Shown: one piece after another, positions 51,876 to 64,000 of the stretch
How positions within the stretch are numbered: position 1 is the first letter of the stretch
Layout: every line of letters begins with the position of its first letter
Assembly (NCBI RefSeq): GCF_006345805.1
Contig: NC_042998.1
Coordinates: forward strand, 63,860,001 to 63,924,000
Direction of reading: 5' to 3'
Length of the DNA: 64,000 nucleotides
Origin: Octopus sinensis
Taxonomy: Eukaryota
Notes under the pieces: model-generated
Databases searched by the model: none
Told to the model about the DNA's origin: nothing
Seen by the model: only the letters and a program-made list of their open reading frames with translations
Translations under genes and position numbers: made by a program

Positions 51876-52799
51876 ATTATATCGAGAGAGATTAAAGAAA
51901 TATTTGGAACTCATTTCTAAAAAAAAAGATACGTTGAGCCGAAATTAGAATGTAGATAACAAAAATAAATTCATATTTTAAGCGTGAGAAAAATCTTGCA
52001 TATCTTTTGTTATGATTGTGTTTTCGTTGGGAAGATTAAAATAGTGGATTTCTTTTGGGCATATAGATTCGAACCTAAATCTATGTAATTCCCCTCAGAG
52101 TTACAACAGTATTTTCTCACGGAAAACACAATAGTTGACAGCAGTGACGCACAAAACGTGGCCTTGCCAATCCATTGATGTATTTTCCACTTAACTCTTT
52201 TGACATCTTGTAAACCACCAAAGCTGAAAATAGATAAGAATCACCTAGAGCAGTTTTCCCCATTGTTCTCGGCGATATGTATCGCCATTCTGCGATAATT
52301 ATAAATACTAAAATCCCACAAGCCCAAGTTAGTTAGTGAAAGGAGTTGGCGAAAGAGACGACCACGAAGTAGTTGGTAAAATGAAGACGACCGGATATGA
52401 TTAATACATTTTTCACTTGCTCACATTTCAATAGCAAATGTCATTTTTATCTTTCTCCGTTGTTGTCTAAGTGACAGGCAGCGGAAATGTATTATTCTGT
52501 CTTCCTCCTTCCTCTCTGTCACTTTATCACGCTTTAAGGGCTAACTACTGCAAACGACATAAACAATAAACAACAACACAAGAACATAAGAAGGAGTGAC
52601 CTCCGTTTAGTTTTGATCGCCCGTTTAAGAATTTGGAAGAAATCACCAAATGACGACTTCGAACTTTGGCTTTTCAATCAACAAGGACTGATTTGAGCTC
52701 TAATATTTTGTGACGTGGTCTCTAATATATTATTACAGCTTTCGCTGATTTTTATTTCAGACTTTGCCACATTTCTTTCTCAATACATAATTGAATTAT

Positions 52800-53477
52800 T
52801 ATGGACTTGCTTTTTATATTTGGTGTTTTCCTTTTGCCTAACACTTCACTAAGAGATCATATTTATAATCTGCAAGCCAGTTCATTTCTTTTTCCGAAAC
52901 ACCCCAGCTTATCCAGCATTTCACATCGGCTTTTACTTGCAAGATCAAGTACAGATATAATTATCGGTATTAATATAAATTTATAATCTGGATGTAAAGA
53001 CTGCAGGTTTCGAAACACCTATCTGTAGCTAATACCCTTCTCTTTGATTATCGAAGAAATATTCACATCACCACGGCAGATAACCTCTATAATGGTGTAT
53101 ACTTAAGTTTTCCTGACACAAACAACACTATCCGGCTTACTATGTCTACACTTGATTAATGTTATGATGGATATGTGCAACTAATATCCTTTTTGTTGAT
53201 GTTCGTGTATGTATTCCATAACAAGGAGAACATCTATATTTATTGCAGGACAATCCTTTATCTTGAATGGCATTGTATATTGTTTTAGCGACAACTTCGT
53301 GCTCCATAGGGATGTAGTACAATGATAACATTATTTGCCAGTCACGTGCGTGATATCTTCTACAGAAATATGGAATCTACATTTTTGGTTGCATCCTGGG
53401 GCACCAAGGGCTTCACTGTCTTTTTGGTTTACTAGGTATTTCCTAGCAATCTCTTGTTCCTCGATTGCAAGTGATGC
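52800..53477 (-). pseudogene. Degraded C-terminus of a different RLE-type non-LTR retrotransposon (NeSL/R4 group)
   Basis: LAIEEQEIARKYL...NQKCRF...VEDITHV, YYIPMEHEVVAKTIYNAI, KCRHSKPDSVV...IIEVICRGDVNI...RNLQSLHPDYKFILIPIII: zinc knuckle plus PD-(D/E) nuclease. Confidence 0.75.
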
Positions 53478-54334
53478 ATATACGTATGTCTGTCTGTCTG
53501 AATGTATGCATATGTGTATGTATGTATATTTGTATGTATGTATGTATGTATGTTTGTATGTATGTATGTATGTATATTTGTGTTAATATCAATGTCGGAT
53601 CTTTGGCCACCTCGAATTTCTAATGCACAGAATAAAGTTGATTCATGCAAGAATACGAGCAGGAAGATAATCAATAATTTCGTAATCATCATCTTAGAGA
53701 AGATGTTCCTAACTGTGATACTCCATATCAGGAGGACAATCGTCATATATTTTGGAGCATATTGCAGTCCCCACATAAGCTGTGAAATTCATTCTTCTGT
53801 CTCTGGTAAAGGCAAATTAGGATGAACGTGGTAATTCACCATGTCAGGAATTAACTTCATTAAACATAGTTTCAATTTGGATAACGTGTACATTGGTGAG
53901 GAACTGTGCTTGTTATCTGAGATTTCACAGAAGAACAGAGAGCCGTGGTTTTGCAAAATAATGAATGATATGCAATACATTATTTGTTTGGACAGTTTAC
54001 GTTCCTTGTTAAAAACCCACTAAGGTGAAAATTGCCTTTCATGCGTTGAGGTTCGATAAAATATGCATCAGTGAAGAGTTGGGTAGATGCCTCTCATCAA
54101 GCTTACTGGCATGGTACATTAATTAGGGGCAAGATTACACTAATAAAAGTGTATCAAAATATATGTGACTTTTGAAGAACAACACACACACAAACAACAC
54201 ACACACTTCCATATATATAAGATATGCAAATATAATCCCTTCAGCCTAAATTCATAAGGATTTGCTAAATATCACGCAGATCATTGCTAATATTTAGACA
54301 GGTATTAGACAGGTATTTAGACAGGTATATTTGG

Positions 54335-54520
54335 CACGCCGAGGCACGTGCTTAGCAGCATTTTGTCCGTATTTAAATTCTGAGTTCAAATTGTGCCAAG
54401 ATCGAATTTGTCTTCTATAGTTTCAGAGTCGATCAAAGAAGTTCCACTGAGCATTGGGGGTCAATGTAACCGGTTTACTCCATCCTTCTTTGTTGCTGGC
54501 ATTTTACCAAATTTGGAACC
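54335..54520 (+). mobile_element. Degraded family A SINE
   Basis: gtgcttagcagcattttgtccg...ctgagttcaaattgtgcc...tgggggtcaatgtaacc. Confidence 0.7.
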
Positions 54521-55941
54521 AATATTTAGATTCTTATGAGTAGAAAGTAGTGGTATTTTGATGGTTAACATACTTGCAAAAATATTTCGATTAACGTTAA
54601 AAGAAAAATGAGATGAAATAAAAACAACTATAATTAAATTTCAATAATGATTTCTGAAAAGAACATGTCAAACTCGACACTACAATATTTCTGGAAAATT
54701 AATTCTATGCAACATAAAGAGTAGAGAATGTTGATTAGTTGTTAATGAACTCAGAAATTGTATTTCATGTTATGTAACAGCGAGTTATATGCAGAATATA
54801 TATTGGCGAACGCCAGTTTAAATTCCTTGTAGATTATATATCTCTAAATACATATAGTCAAAAGATGAGGTCCAGAGATTCTCGATAGCGCAGAAATTGT
54901 TCGAACATAGACCCCGATAACATTACAAAGGATCAATTCCACGGGGGAAAGAGTGGCTATAAGACGGATCAGGTTGAGCTGACATGGAAGTAATTATGCG
55001 GATAAGCAAATTTAATATAACAGCTTGGGTTTCGTATGCAAAATCTATATAAATGTATAAATGCAAATTGAAAGGAAGGAAAGACTGAAGATTTTCAGAC
55101 GATGAATATTTGAGTATATTTATATAATAATAGATCAAACTTACAGGGAGTACAAAACGGCAGAGAAAAACTAAGGGGAAGAAATAAGGTGTTGTAAGTC
55201 TAATAGCTGTTTCTGGGGGCACGGACATCCATCATGTATTTCAACAAAATATGTAGCTAGCAATGGAAGGAAATAAACATTGGATAAATTCAACCTCCGT
55301 CATCATGGTGGAGAAAAATTTTACATTTTGGATCATGTTTAAGATAAGTTTAAGGGTGGACACTGAATAACCGGTTGTATCTGGAAACAATCTGGTCTGT
55401 TTACCTAGATCATCATATGTATGTTATTAACGACGTGGGCTTTTATGTTTATTGAACAAGCTAAAAATAGCAGACAAATAATCCTTAAACAACATCTCAC
55501 CGCCTAACAAGAAGGCACAAATAAGAAATGATGACACAATATTTAAATAACTACGCTAAAATTTAAGGTGAGATAATAACAGACGTAATGCGTTTAATCA
55601 AATGTCTTCACGGTTACCACATTCTCATCACAGACATCATTGTCATCAGCCTGAAAAATACCAAGACGACTTACTTGTATTGCGTACGTACGGTTGGGCT
55701 CTGTAAAAATTATAACTATAAGAGATATATTATGGTGATCAATTACTAGTTTCTTTAATTACAATGATCAACCGAGGAATATGTACGAGTGAAGCATAAA
55801 TATGGATAGCCAAAATAACATGACATAACATCGAATTATTTTACAGAAACCTGAAATCCCACCCACAAAAACGGGTGCTTACTTCATATATACAAAAATG
55901 CATTCCTACATATGTACTATGTATATATATACACACAAAGC

Positions 55942-55979
<38 letters not shown>

Positions 55980-56788
55980 ACACACACACACACACATATA
56001 CATATATATATATACGTACATACATGCACGCCCGCACAGGGATACACACGCACATATTGATGCAGTAATGCTGCAAATCTTCCAAGGAAATCATTCCCAA
56101 AATATAAACCTAGAGTTCGTAGTTAAAAATGAACAACTAAAAACAGTCAACGATATATGAGCGTGCATACCAATCCTGAATCTATTTAATATCCATCAAT
56201 TATTATTATTATATCACTTTCTGATCTGGTTGTTTGTTTTTCATATAAGTTTATTTGAAAGTTTCAACTTTTGAAGTAAACCAAAACATGTCTCTGAGCA
56301 GTTAACTTATTTTCGTTCTACATTCGTTGTTTTGTTTTATGCATTCAAATATCTACCATTTTATCATAGGAAACTGTCAGTTCATTTTTTGTATGTTTAT
56401 ACCATACGAAGCAGGTAGCAAGTATTAAAAACACGAAACAATATTGACGGAAAAATTATAAGTAGATATTTTCGTTAAGTTTACCATTTCCTTTTTTGCT
56501 ATTTGCTTTAATGTGGCTTCTATAAATTCGAAACTTACCAACTTTCTCAAATATTGAAAGATAAATGCTTTCCGCGTTTCCTTTTCATAAATTCTTCAGA
56601 TATTCTTCTTCTTGCACATGTATTATTTAAAATCAGAAATAAGTGTAAAAAAAAAGATGTATATAATATTAATGGCAAACGAGTAAATATACAGAAATAA
56701 AGCATGAAACGAAATATTATTCTTATTTAAACTGCATCCAGGGAAATGTATACATGCATAAACATATTGTCATATATATATATATATC

Positions 56789-56826
<38 letters not shown>

Positions 56827-57905
56827 CATACATACATACACACACACGCACACATATATATATATATATATATACATATCACATAAACAAAGAGCATTAA
56901 ATTTAGAAAGACAAAACTGAAACAAATTATTAATAAGCAACAGTATATTTTCAAACAAAGAAATTCACTATGCATAATGCTAATAAAAAGCAAACTCATA
57001 AAAAACGCCTTAAATATATTTATCTAATGCTTGCAACCATTTTAAACTCCGTGAATATATTTAAAACAGCGGTATTATATAAACAATTTGTTTGCGAATA
57101 TCTATGTTTACGTATTTAAACATTCATAAATGATCTTGAAAGAAGCTCACAATACATATTCCCATAACTATTTTTCTATTATATATTCAGCTTTAAGTAT
57201 TCTTGATATGGAAGTTTAATTGTTCGTTTTGAACATTGTTCAGTCTTTAAATATTCATATTCTTATTATACATATTCATTATATCTTCCTCATGTGTTTT
57301 TACTTCTATAAATGTTACCTTTTTCTCTACGCGGTACATGGGGTTCTTTTTCTTTTGTTCATTCTTTTCTGAATCCGTCTTGGCAATTGTGTACCTTTTA
57401 TAAATATAAATGCACAAATGTATTACGCTTTGTAAATCCGTATGAATCCAGATCTTTTATTCTTGAATAGGGTTCTATAGGACGAGTAGAAATCGTTAAT
57501 AGGAATTTGACTTCAAAGACAAACTATGAATGAATTATATATATTATTCATATCTGTGTATATGTATTATTTGAAGAATTAAACACATTTACCTGAAAAT
57601 AGCATGGAATTTCCATATTTTTACTCCCACCTCCTCTACACTGCATGAGAATATGATCAAAATATGAATGCACACTGAGCTACTTATGCACATATACGTA
57701 CGAGCACCCACATACAAAGTCAAACATATGTACCAACACACACACACACATATATATATATATACCTACATATAAATCAATGCATATGTATATGTATTCA
57801 TAACACATGCACATATATATATATACATATACATACAAACATACATACATATGTATATATTTATACATATAGATATAATTCAATGCATATGTATATGTAT
57901 TCATA

Positions 57906-57957
<52 letters not shown>

Positions 57958-60778
57958 CTACATATAATTCAATGCATATGTATATGTATTCATAACACAC
58001 AAACACGTATATATATATTAATATATATGTGGTATAATCTAGCTGCACTCTTCTCACATCTAGTTTTACCTTACGTCACACGAATTACCTTTTTTGTAAT
58101 ATTGTGTCTAGTTATAATTCTGAACAGTTCTTTTTCATAACACATTAGATGTTTGAAGTAAATGTATTTCACACACCTACACACGTTTCCAACCATAAAA
58201 AGCAATGGCTAGTATCAAGTCGTACGCCAATTGTATAAAATTGTTAAAACATTGTCATTGTTAAAGCAGTGTCTTACTTTTCTATAATGAAACGACGACT
58301 TAAGTTTAGGCAAGTAGGATTTATTTGTAGATTGGAGGAATATTTATAAGTAGAAGTCTAGAATAATATTCTTATTTTACTTGTAGAAGAAGGTAAAAGA
58401 ATCATGTACTTCAATTGGTAGGATCGGTATATGGTTATCATGACCAAAACAATGACTTCATCCATGTAACAAGTTTGCACTTATGCAGATAACCAGTGTA
58501 TCATAAATACTCACCAAAACATCACATCTTTCTTAAGACTGAAAGCACGAAATTACCTCTATTCTATTACCGCAAATACATGGCGCCCCAGAGAATGCTA
58601 TGGATGTTCCTTTCCCTCTCAGTGAAAAGGTTTAGGCATCAGTAATCAGTGAATACTTTCACTGAATAAAATCTGAATAAGGTGTAATTATGAAGTAAGC
58701 CGGGGAGAAAACCGCGAATCATCCTACCGACCGTCCGAGTGAACGTACGTTAGTACCGATATTTCAATGAGGCTGATGTGTGGGATATCTGAATTCCTAC
58801 TGTAACACTTTTTGGGGTGGCTATTTCTCAAGACCATTATTTGGTTATATATTTTGGAATCGTACCTGTCGCTTTCTGTTATTCTTCCACTTGCAATAAG
58901 CATTATTTTTGGTATCACCACTAATTTCTCCCAGCATAGAATTAGTAACGGTAGCACCTTATGGTGCGTACAATAACGAGAATTGTTTTAAGTTCGTCTT
59001 AGCATCCATTTTGCGATCATAAATTATAACTTGAAAGTGTTTCGATAATTACAACGATGGTTTCTCGTTGACCTTGGTTCTCCTAATGAACGTTTTGCGA
59101 TACAATGTAGATCATACTTGGATATAACGCCGAACAGATTTGGACTTTTTGGGCAATATTCATATGAAGGAACAACTCACCTGCACATTTTTTAGATGGT
59201 TATACGTATATTTTCATCACTGTCATAAAACTTTGGATGTGTTGCAAATACATGAGCGTTATATCATATCGTGATCTAATGTCAAATATTACAAATACAG
59301 AATTCGAAAACCAAATGATATATTGAAAATTTAATAGAGTTCACATGAATGTAAGGAATAAAAAAAATGTCCATCACATCTTTCTACTTACAAATAAAAT
59401 GTCATGAAATCAAGCATCTGCGATAGATGGTTCTTTTTAGAATACGGTGTGATTTGCCTGGACATATCCATTAATACGAACTGCGCTGCTGATAATACAC
59501 AGAGAAACAAGAACAATACTTAAACAAATACAAATTATATAGCAAGTTGTGCTATGAAATCAGCAAATATGCGAGCAGCTACTTGTTGAAAACCATTTGA
59601 GATTAACTGACGTAGGTTAACGTCAAATCATGAGCTGAGGTATTAGTACTTTGTCAAGTTGAGGATATCTTCCAAATGCCAAATAGATACACATAATGCT
59701 AAGCTAGAATATTCTTCAACTGGCAATAAATCAGTTATATTGTGCCTGAATATATTGATATATCAAGAGATATGTTCAGTGATTTGCAGTCGACTCTATA
59801 ATGTGAATCAAAATAGATACTGCCTCGCCTAAAGCAATGCAGCATACATTGTTTACTACCTACATATTGCATTTACAGAGTTCGCGCCTCATTTATATAT
59901 ATATATATATATATATATGATATGATATGATATGTTTATTATCTTATCGTGTATGCAATCGGCTTATATAGCAATACTATATACTTCTCTGCTGAATTTC
60001 ATTATTTCAGTTTTCGTCGTTGTAATTGTATCATAACTCCCAATAATATCAAGACCTCATGGCTCACCATCACGTCTAACATTGCCAAACATTTCAATCT
60101 ACCTAAAGAGATAAGGACAAAAGCCAATACATTGCCTGCTTAAATGGAAATTTGTTATCACGTAAAACGAAAAGGAAATTATAAGCTTTCTTTCCTAAAG
60201 AAATAATTAACTTCTTAGTCAATGATAAGATTATTTACAATTTTTGTCTCTGAACCTATGCCAAATCTAGTTCTTACAATAGAAATTTCATCAGGAAAAT
60301 TTGTATATAGTCGTGGAAGTTGTATATACATTTTCTTCATATGTATCCTTAAATAGATATGGGTAATGATCAAAATCAATATGCACACTATGAAGTATGA
60401 CAATACCGTAATGTTTCTACATTTATTAGAAACACTTAAATGCAAAGAATAACCCACCAAATCCATAGGATGTAAATTCTTTGAGATGAAAGATAGGTAA
60501 GGTTACTATGAAGATTGTAGGGTGTTATTGATGGCAATTCTGATCTGCTGAATAATCTGTCTATAAAGTAGCAGTCGGAACAAGGCATTTAGGGCAAACG
60601 CTTGTGTACTAATGGTGTTGATGTTCTACGTTTCTGAGTACAAATGCCAGTGTCCCATCAGTCGGTGACGCCAGCTCTGTAGGGGTTTCGACACGTTCCA
60701 TCGCGGCTCTAGACCTGCCCAAGGTCACCCACACGAGCAGGACAATGTATATATATATATATATATATATATCAAAAC

Positions 60779-61662
60779 ATGGTTGTCTAAAGGACTTCTG
60801 AAAATTTATTCTATAAAACGAATCAAATTTCATCATTAGTACAATTCATATCTTAATCCTGATAAAGTTTATTCAGATAAGAAACAATCTTATGTTGCAT
60901 GGGCAAAATCCTTTCGACGTAGAGTGACGACACATTTTCTGTACATGCGTGAAAACTTTCGCGCCGGTAGGCCGCCTCAGTCCCCGGCTAGCAAGCCTGA
61001 GAACAGACGTGTAGTGTGCGCTGGTCAGATTTTTGTTTTCACTTTAAGCATCGAGCAGAAATATTGCATCAGGTTTTCACATAAGCTTGGAGATACTCAA
61101 GTTTAAGACATCCAGATTATTCAGCAGGCATTTGGCAATGATGCCATGGGCAAATCTCAGATGAAGAAAATGACAGAACCGCTTCAAACATGGTTCAGCG
61201 AATAATCATGGAAAACCGTTGTATAACAATCACAGATTTTTTTCTCACAGAGGGGAAATTAAGACAGGATTGGGGCACTCCATTTCAACAGGATGTTGGC
61301 ATGCGAAGAGTGACGGTGCTGGCGGAGCAGCAGGAACCATTCCGCACACAAATCACTCAGGACATGCTAGGGTGTTACAATGACGACTTCTTGAAGACTA
61401 TCTTCACTGGTGAGCAGACATGCGTTTACGGTCTCTGCCTGATGGGTTCGATCATCTTGCGGAAAGCGAAAATCCGAAGTGCGCGTACTACACGTCTGTA
61501 CTCGAGGAGTAACAGACGGAAACTACCACCGCCTGCTGGCGCCAAAATTTTAGTGCGTGCGGCGAAAGTGGATTGTAGCCTGTCGTCCAAAAGATTTTCC
61601 CCATGTGGGATTAATTTGGGTGGGAATAAAAAAAGCCTTATACTTTTTGAGCGCGCCTCATG
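60779..61662. mobile_element. Mariner derivative made of two convergent 5' ends
   Basis: Plus arm: IEQKYCIRFSHKLGDTQV...QQAFGNDAMG...GMRRV...FLKTIFTGEQTCVYG. Minus arm (61433-61662): TIR ...tactttttgagcgcgcctcatg|TA, a subterminal region homologous to the plus arm, and MIEPIRQR. Confidence 0.75.
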
Positions 61663-61988
61663 TATACATATGCACACATGCAAACACACACATGTGTTTT
61701 CCCTACGCATTTCTGCACTACTACCTCGTATTATTTCCTTTCCCTGTTCTAAGTAAATTTGTTGCAATGCAAGTTGTTCCCTTTGTGTGGATTATGATAC
61801 GCATTCTTTGTTTTTTGCAGGAATCATAGTGGATGACCCGGTTAGTGAGATCTAAATTCTGATTCACTCGGCCTGTTGAGACTAAAGTACTTGTCACCAC
61901 TATCTCTAATCCTTTGTTTTACACTTTTAGTGCAGCGGCTATAAACTGATGCTGGCATATATGCATCATATATAGACATATACATATG

Positions 61989-62225
61989 TAGGTGCAGGGG
62001 TGGATATGAGATACGAAGTTTACTTCCAAACCACATGGTTCTGGGTTCTGTCACGCTGTATAACACCATGGGCAAGTGTCTTCTACTATTCTCTCCGGCT
62101 AGTTAAAGCCTTGTGAGCGGACTTGTTTCAACGGAAACAGAAAGAAGCCTGTCGTATACACATACATAGACATACGTACACACACACACACACATACACA
62201 CACACACGCACACACACACCACACA

Positions 62226-62292
<67 letters not shown>

Positions 62293-62510
62293 GCGTATAT
62301 GTCTATGTCTGTGATTTATCCTCGGCACCACTTCGCAAACCTCGCTGGTGTAATTACGTTTCTGCAGCTTAGCGGTTTGGAAAAATAGACCGATAGAATA
62401 AGTACCATGCTTTATATACAAAATTCTGGAGTCCATTCGTTCGACCAATATTCTCCAAGGTAGTATCTCTGCATGGCTGTATCCAATGATTGAAACAATT
62501 AAAGTAGAAA
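61989..62510 (+). mobile_element. Full-length degraded family B SINE with an internal (CA)n(TA)n tract
   Basis: Head at 61989-62155, microsatellite to about 62295, tail ...cttagcggtttgg...gaccgatagaataagtacc...gcatggctgtatccaatgattgaaac. Confidence 0.82.
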
Positions 62511-62827
62511 GCTTAAAATCTCTCAGACTGAAAGGCTTTATGTCTGTATAGTTTGTGCTAGTGAGGAAAAAACATGAGGATCTATTTTTAGAGTATAATT
62601 ATTTCTTTTGAAGTGTATGCACCCATGAACTATTTTTGAATCTTCGATCGCGTTGTTTACATAGACGTATTCGTATACGAAACGTCGTAACTGTTAGTAC
62701 GGCTTCTAAATTGTACAGAAAATCTGTAAAGATACACTAAAGAATTTTAACAATGTACTGCTAATACAAAGTAGGACACACTATTCACTTATAAAACTTT
62801 ATCATATTTGGTTACAAAATAAATATA

Positions 62828-63380
62828 TTTGGTTGTCAGGAAAGTTCATGCCGATTTTTAAAGGAAAGAAAAAGGTCAATAAATACTTGCCATTACATTT
62901 CTAATTAACCAAATATGAACCATTTTGTTGCACAATACGTCTCCATCTTTCCTTTAACTTGAAAATACCCTCTTCCCAGAATTGTGGTGGTTTCATGGCA
63001 AAAAATTCATCAAGGTATCTTTTACGTCATCCAACAAATTGAAATTTTTACCATTAAGACTATTTTGCAGAGACCTGAATAAGGGGAAATCCGAAGGAGC
63101 AATATCTGGTGAGGTGGGATAACACATCCCAGCCAAGCTGCAGCAATTTTTGTCTTGTTCCCAAAGCCTTAAATGCCGAAAATGAACTTATCTTCCATTT
63201 TAAAGGGTTACAGAATTAACACAGGTTATAGGAACGTAAACCTTCTTCCACGAAAAGATAGCTTAAACTGTTCTCTAAATGGAGATGTAGTCAAATCCTA
63301 TTTTATGGACTCAACCATGTTCTAAGATAAGTCGAAAGGTAAGCTACTATAACTTGGCACGAACTTTCCGGACAACCCAA
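62828..63380 (-). mobile_element. Internally deleted mariner (553 bp) with both TIRs and TA duplications
   Basis: TA|tttggttgtcaggaaagttcatgcc ... ggcacgaactttccggacaacccaa|TA. The minus strand joins the start MEDK... to ...QKLLQLGWDV..SPDIAPSDFPLFRSLQNSLNGK...KERWRRIVQQNGSYLVN*. Confidence 0.92.
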
Positions 63381-63745
63381 TATTATTGTAGTAAGACCCA
63401 ATATGGCGTGAGTACCAGCAATTGTTAATTATTTATGTTGTACATTGGTTGATTAGTGCCTTGCAATTCAGAAAATTCATACATTCCTCACTTCCCTTAT
63501 ATTTTGTGCGCCAAGTTCTGAATACATAAATTCTTACGTCAAAATTATGAGAAATAAATGAGTCTTCTTCTGCTTTCTTCGTCATGCATTGATTCAGCTT
63601 AATTTGATGTCAACTAAATAGTGTTTTGCTAATGTAATTTAATTTTAATGGTCAAGCGTTCATTAATATAAATGTTATCTATAGAATAACTTTAAGAAAT
63701 CAACAACAAAATATATTTAAAAAATAATGTTAATGAATTACTTAC

Positions 63746-63769
63746 TGAAGAATGTTGCAACACAGCCAT
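63746..63769 (-). other. Possible first coding exon (MAVLQHSS) of a minus-strand host gene
   Basis: aaaATGG Kozak-like context followed 24 nt later by GTAAGT; no homology evidence. Confidence 0.2.
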
Positions 63770-63787
63770 TTTATATTTTATTTCGAA

Positions 63788-63969
63788 TTCTTCTTCTTCT
63801 TCTTCTTCTTCTTCTTCTTCTTCTTCTTCTTCTTCTTCTTCTCCTTCTCCTCCTCCTCCTCCTCCTCCTTCTTCTTCTTCTTCTTCTTCTTCTCCTCCTC
63901 CTCCTCCTCCTCCTTCTTCTTCTTCTTCTTCTTCTTCTTCTTCTTCTCCTTCTTCTTCTTCTTCTTCTT
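63788..63969. repeat. (CTT)n/(CCT)n compound microsatellite
   Basis: Direct reading; source of the poly-E/G and poly-R pseudo-ORFs. Confidence 0.96.
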
Positions 63970-64000
63970 TCACAGCAGCACATTATTCTTTATAGGTACT

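Noticed and set aside
53590-54030. Continuation of the RLE remnant beyond the microsatellite
   Set aside because: I could not recover the expected upstream motifs convincingly.

Overview
AT-rich eukaryotic nuclear DNA that is almost entirely non-coding. It is probably from a cephalopod, most likely Octopus; this is inferred from the tRNA-derived SINE families and the very high density of (TA)n/(CA)n/(TAA)n/(GATA)n repeats. No host protein-coding gene can be firmly called. Most short ORFs in the track are microsatellite artefacts. Non-LTR retrotransposons: (1) a near full-length but disabled R4/Dong-type element with a restriction-like endonuclease (RLE), embedded in (TAA)n at 20.76-24.42 kb, with a truncated tandem copy and several older RLE remnants; (2) a 5'-truncated CR1-group LINE at 30.4-33.3 kb and a second fragment on the minus strand; (3) RTE-clade fragments, one inside a ~950-bp near-identical tandem duplication. 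Other elements: a Penelope GIY-YIG remnant, three mariner derivatives, a Tigger/pogo MITE, a hAT MITE, an unclassified 1.38-kb element with ~235-bp inverted repeats, and about 20 SINE copies or fragments. The most interesting unexplained structures are: minimal hammerhead-ribozyme folds, one with a variant core; two unrelated short loci sharing the same inverted-plus-direct repeat layout (Penelope/retrozyme-like); a ~560-bp non-coding element that also sits in TAA arrays next to the Dong copies; a mariner made of two 5' ends; and a 24-bp exact repeat bracketing a CR1 fragment plus ~830 bp of flank. All calls were made by eye, with no database searches; identities and boundaries are approximate.
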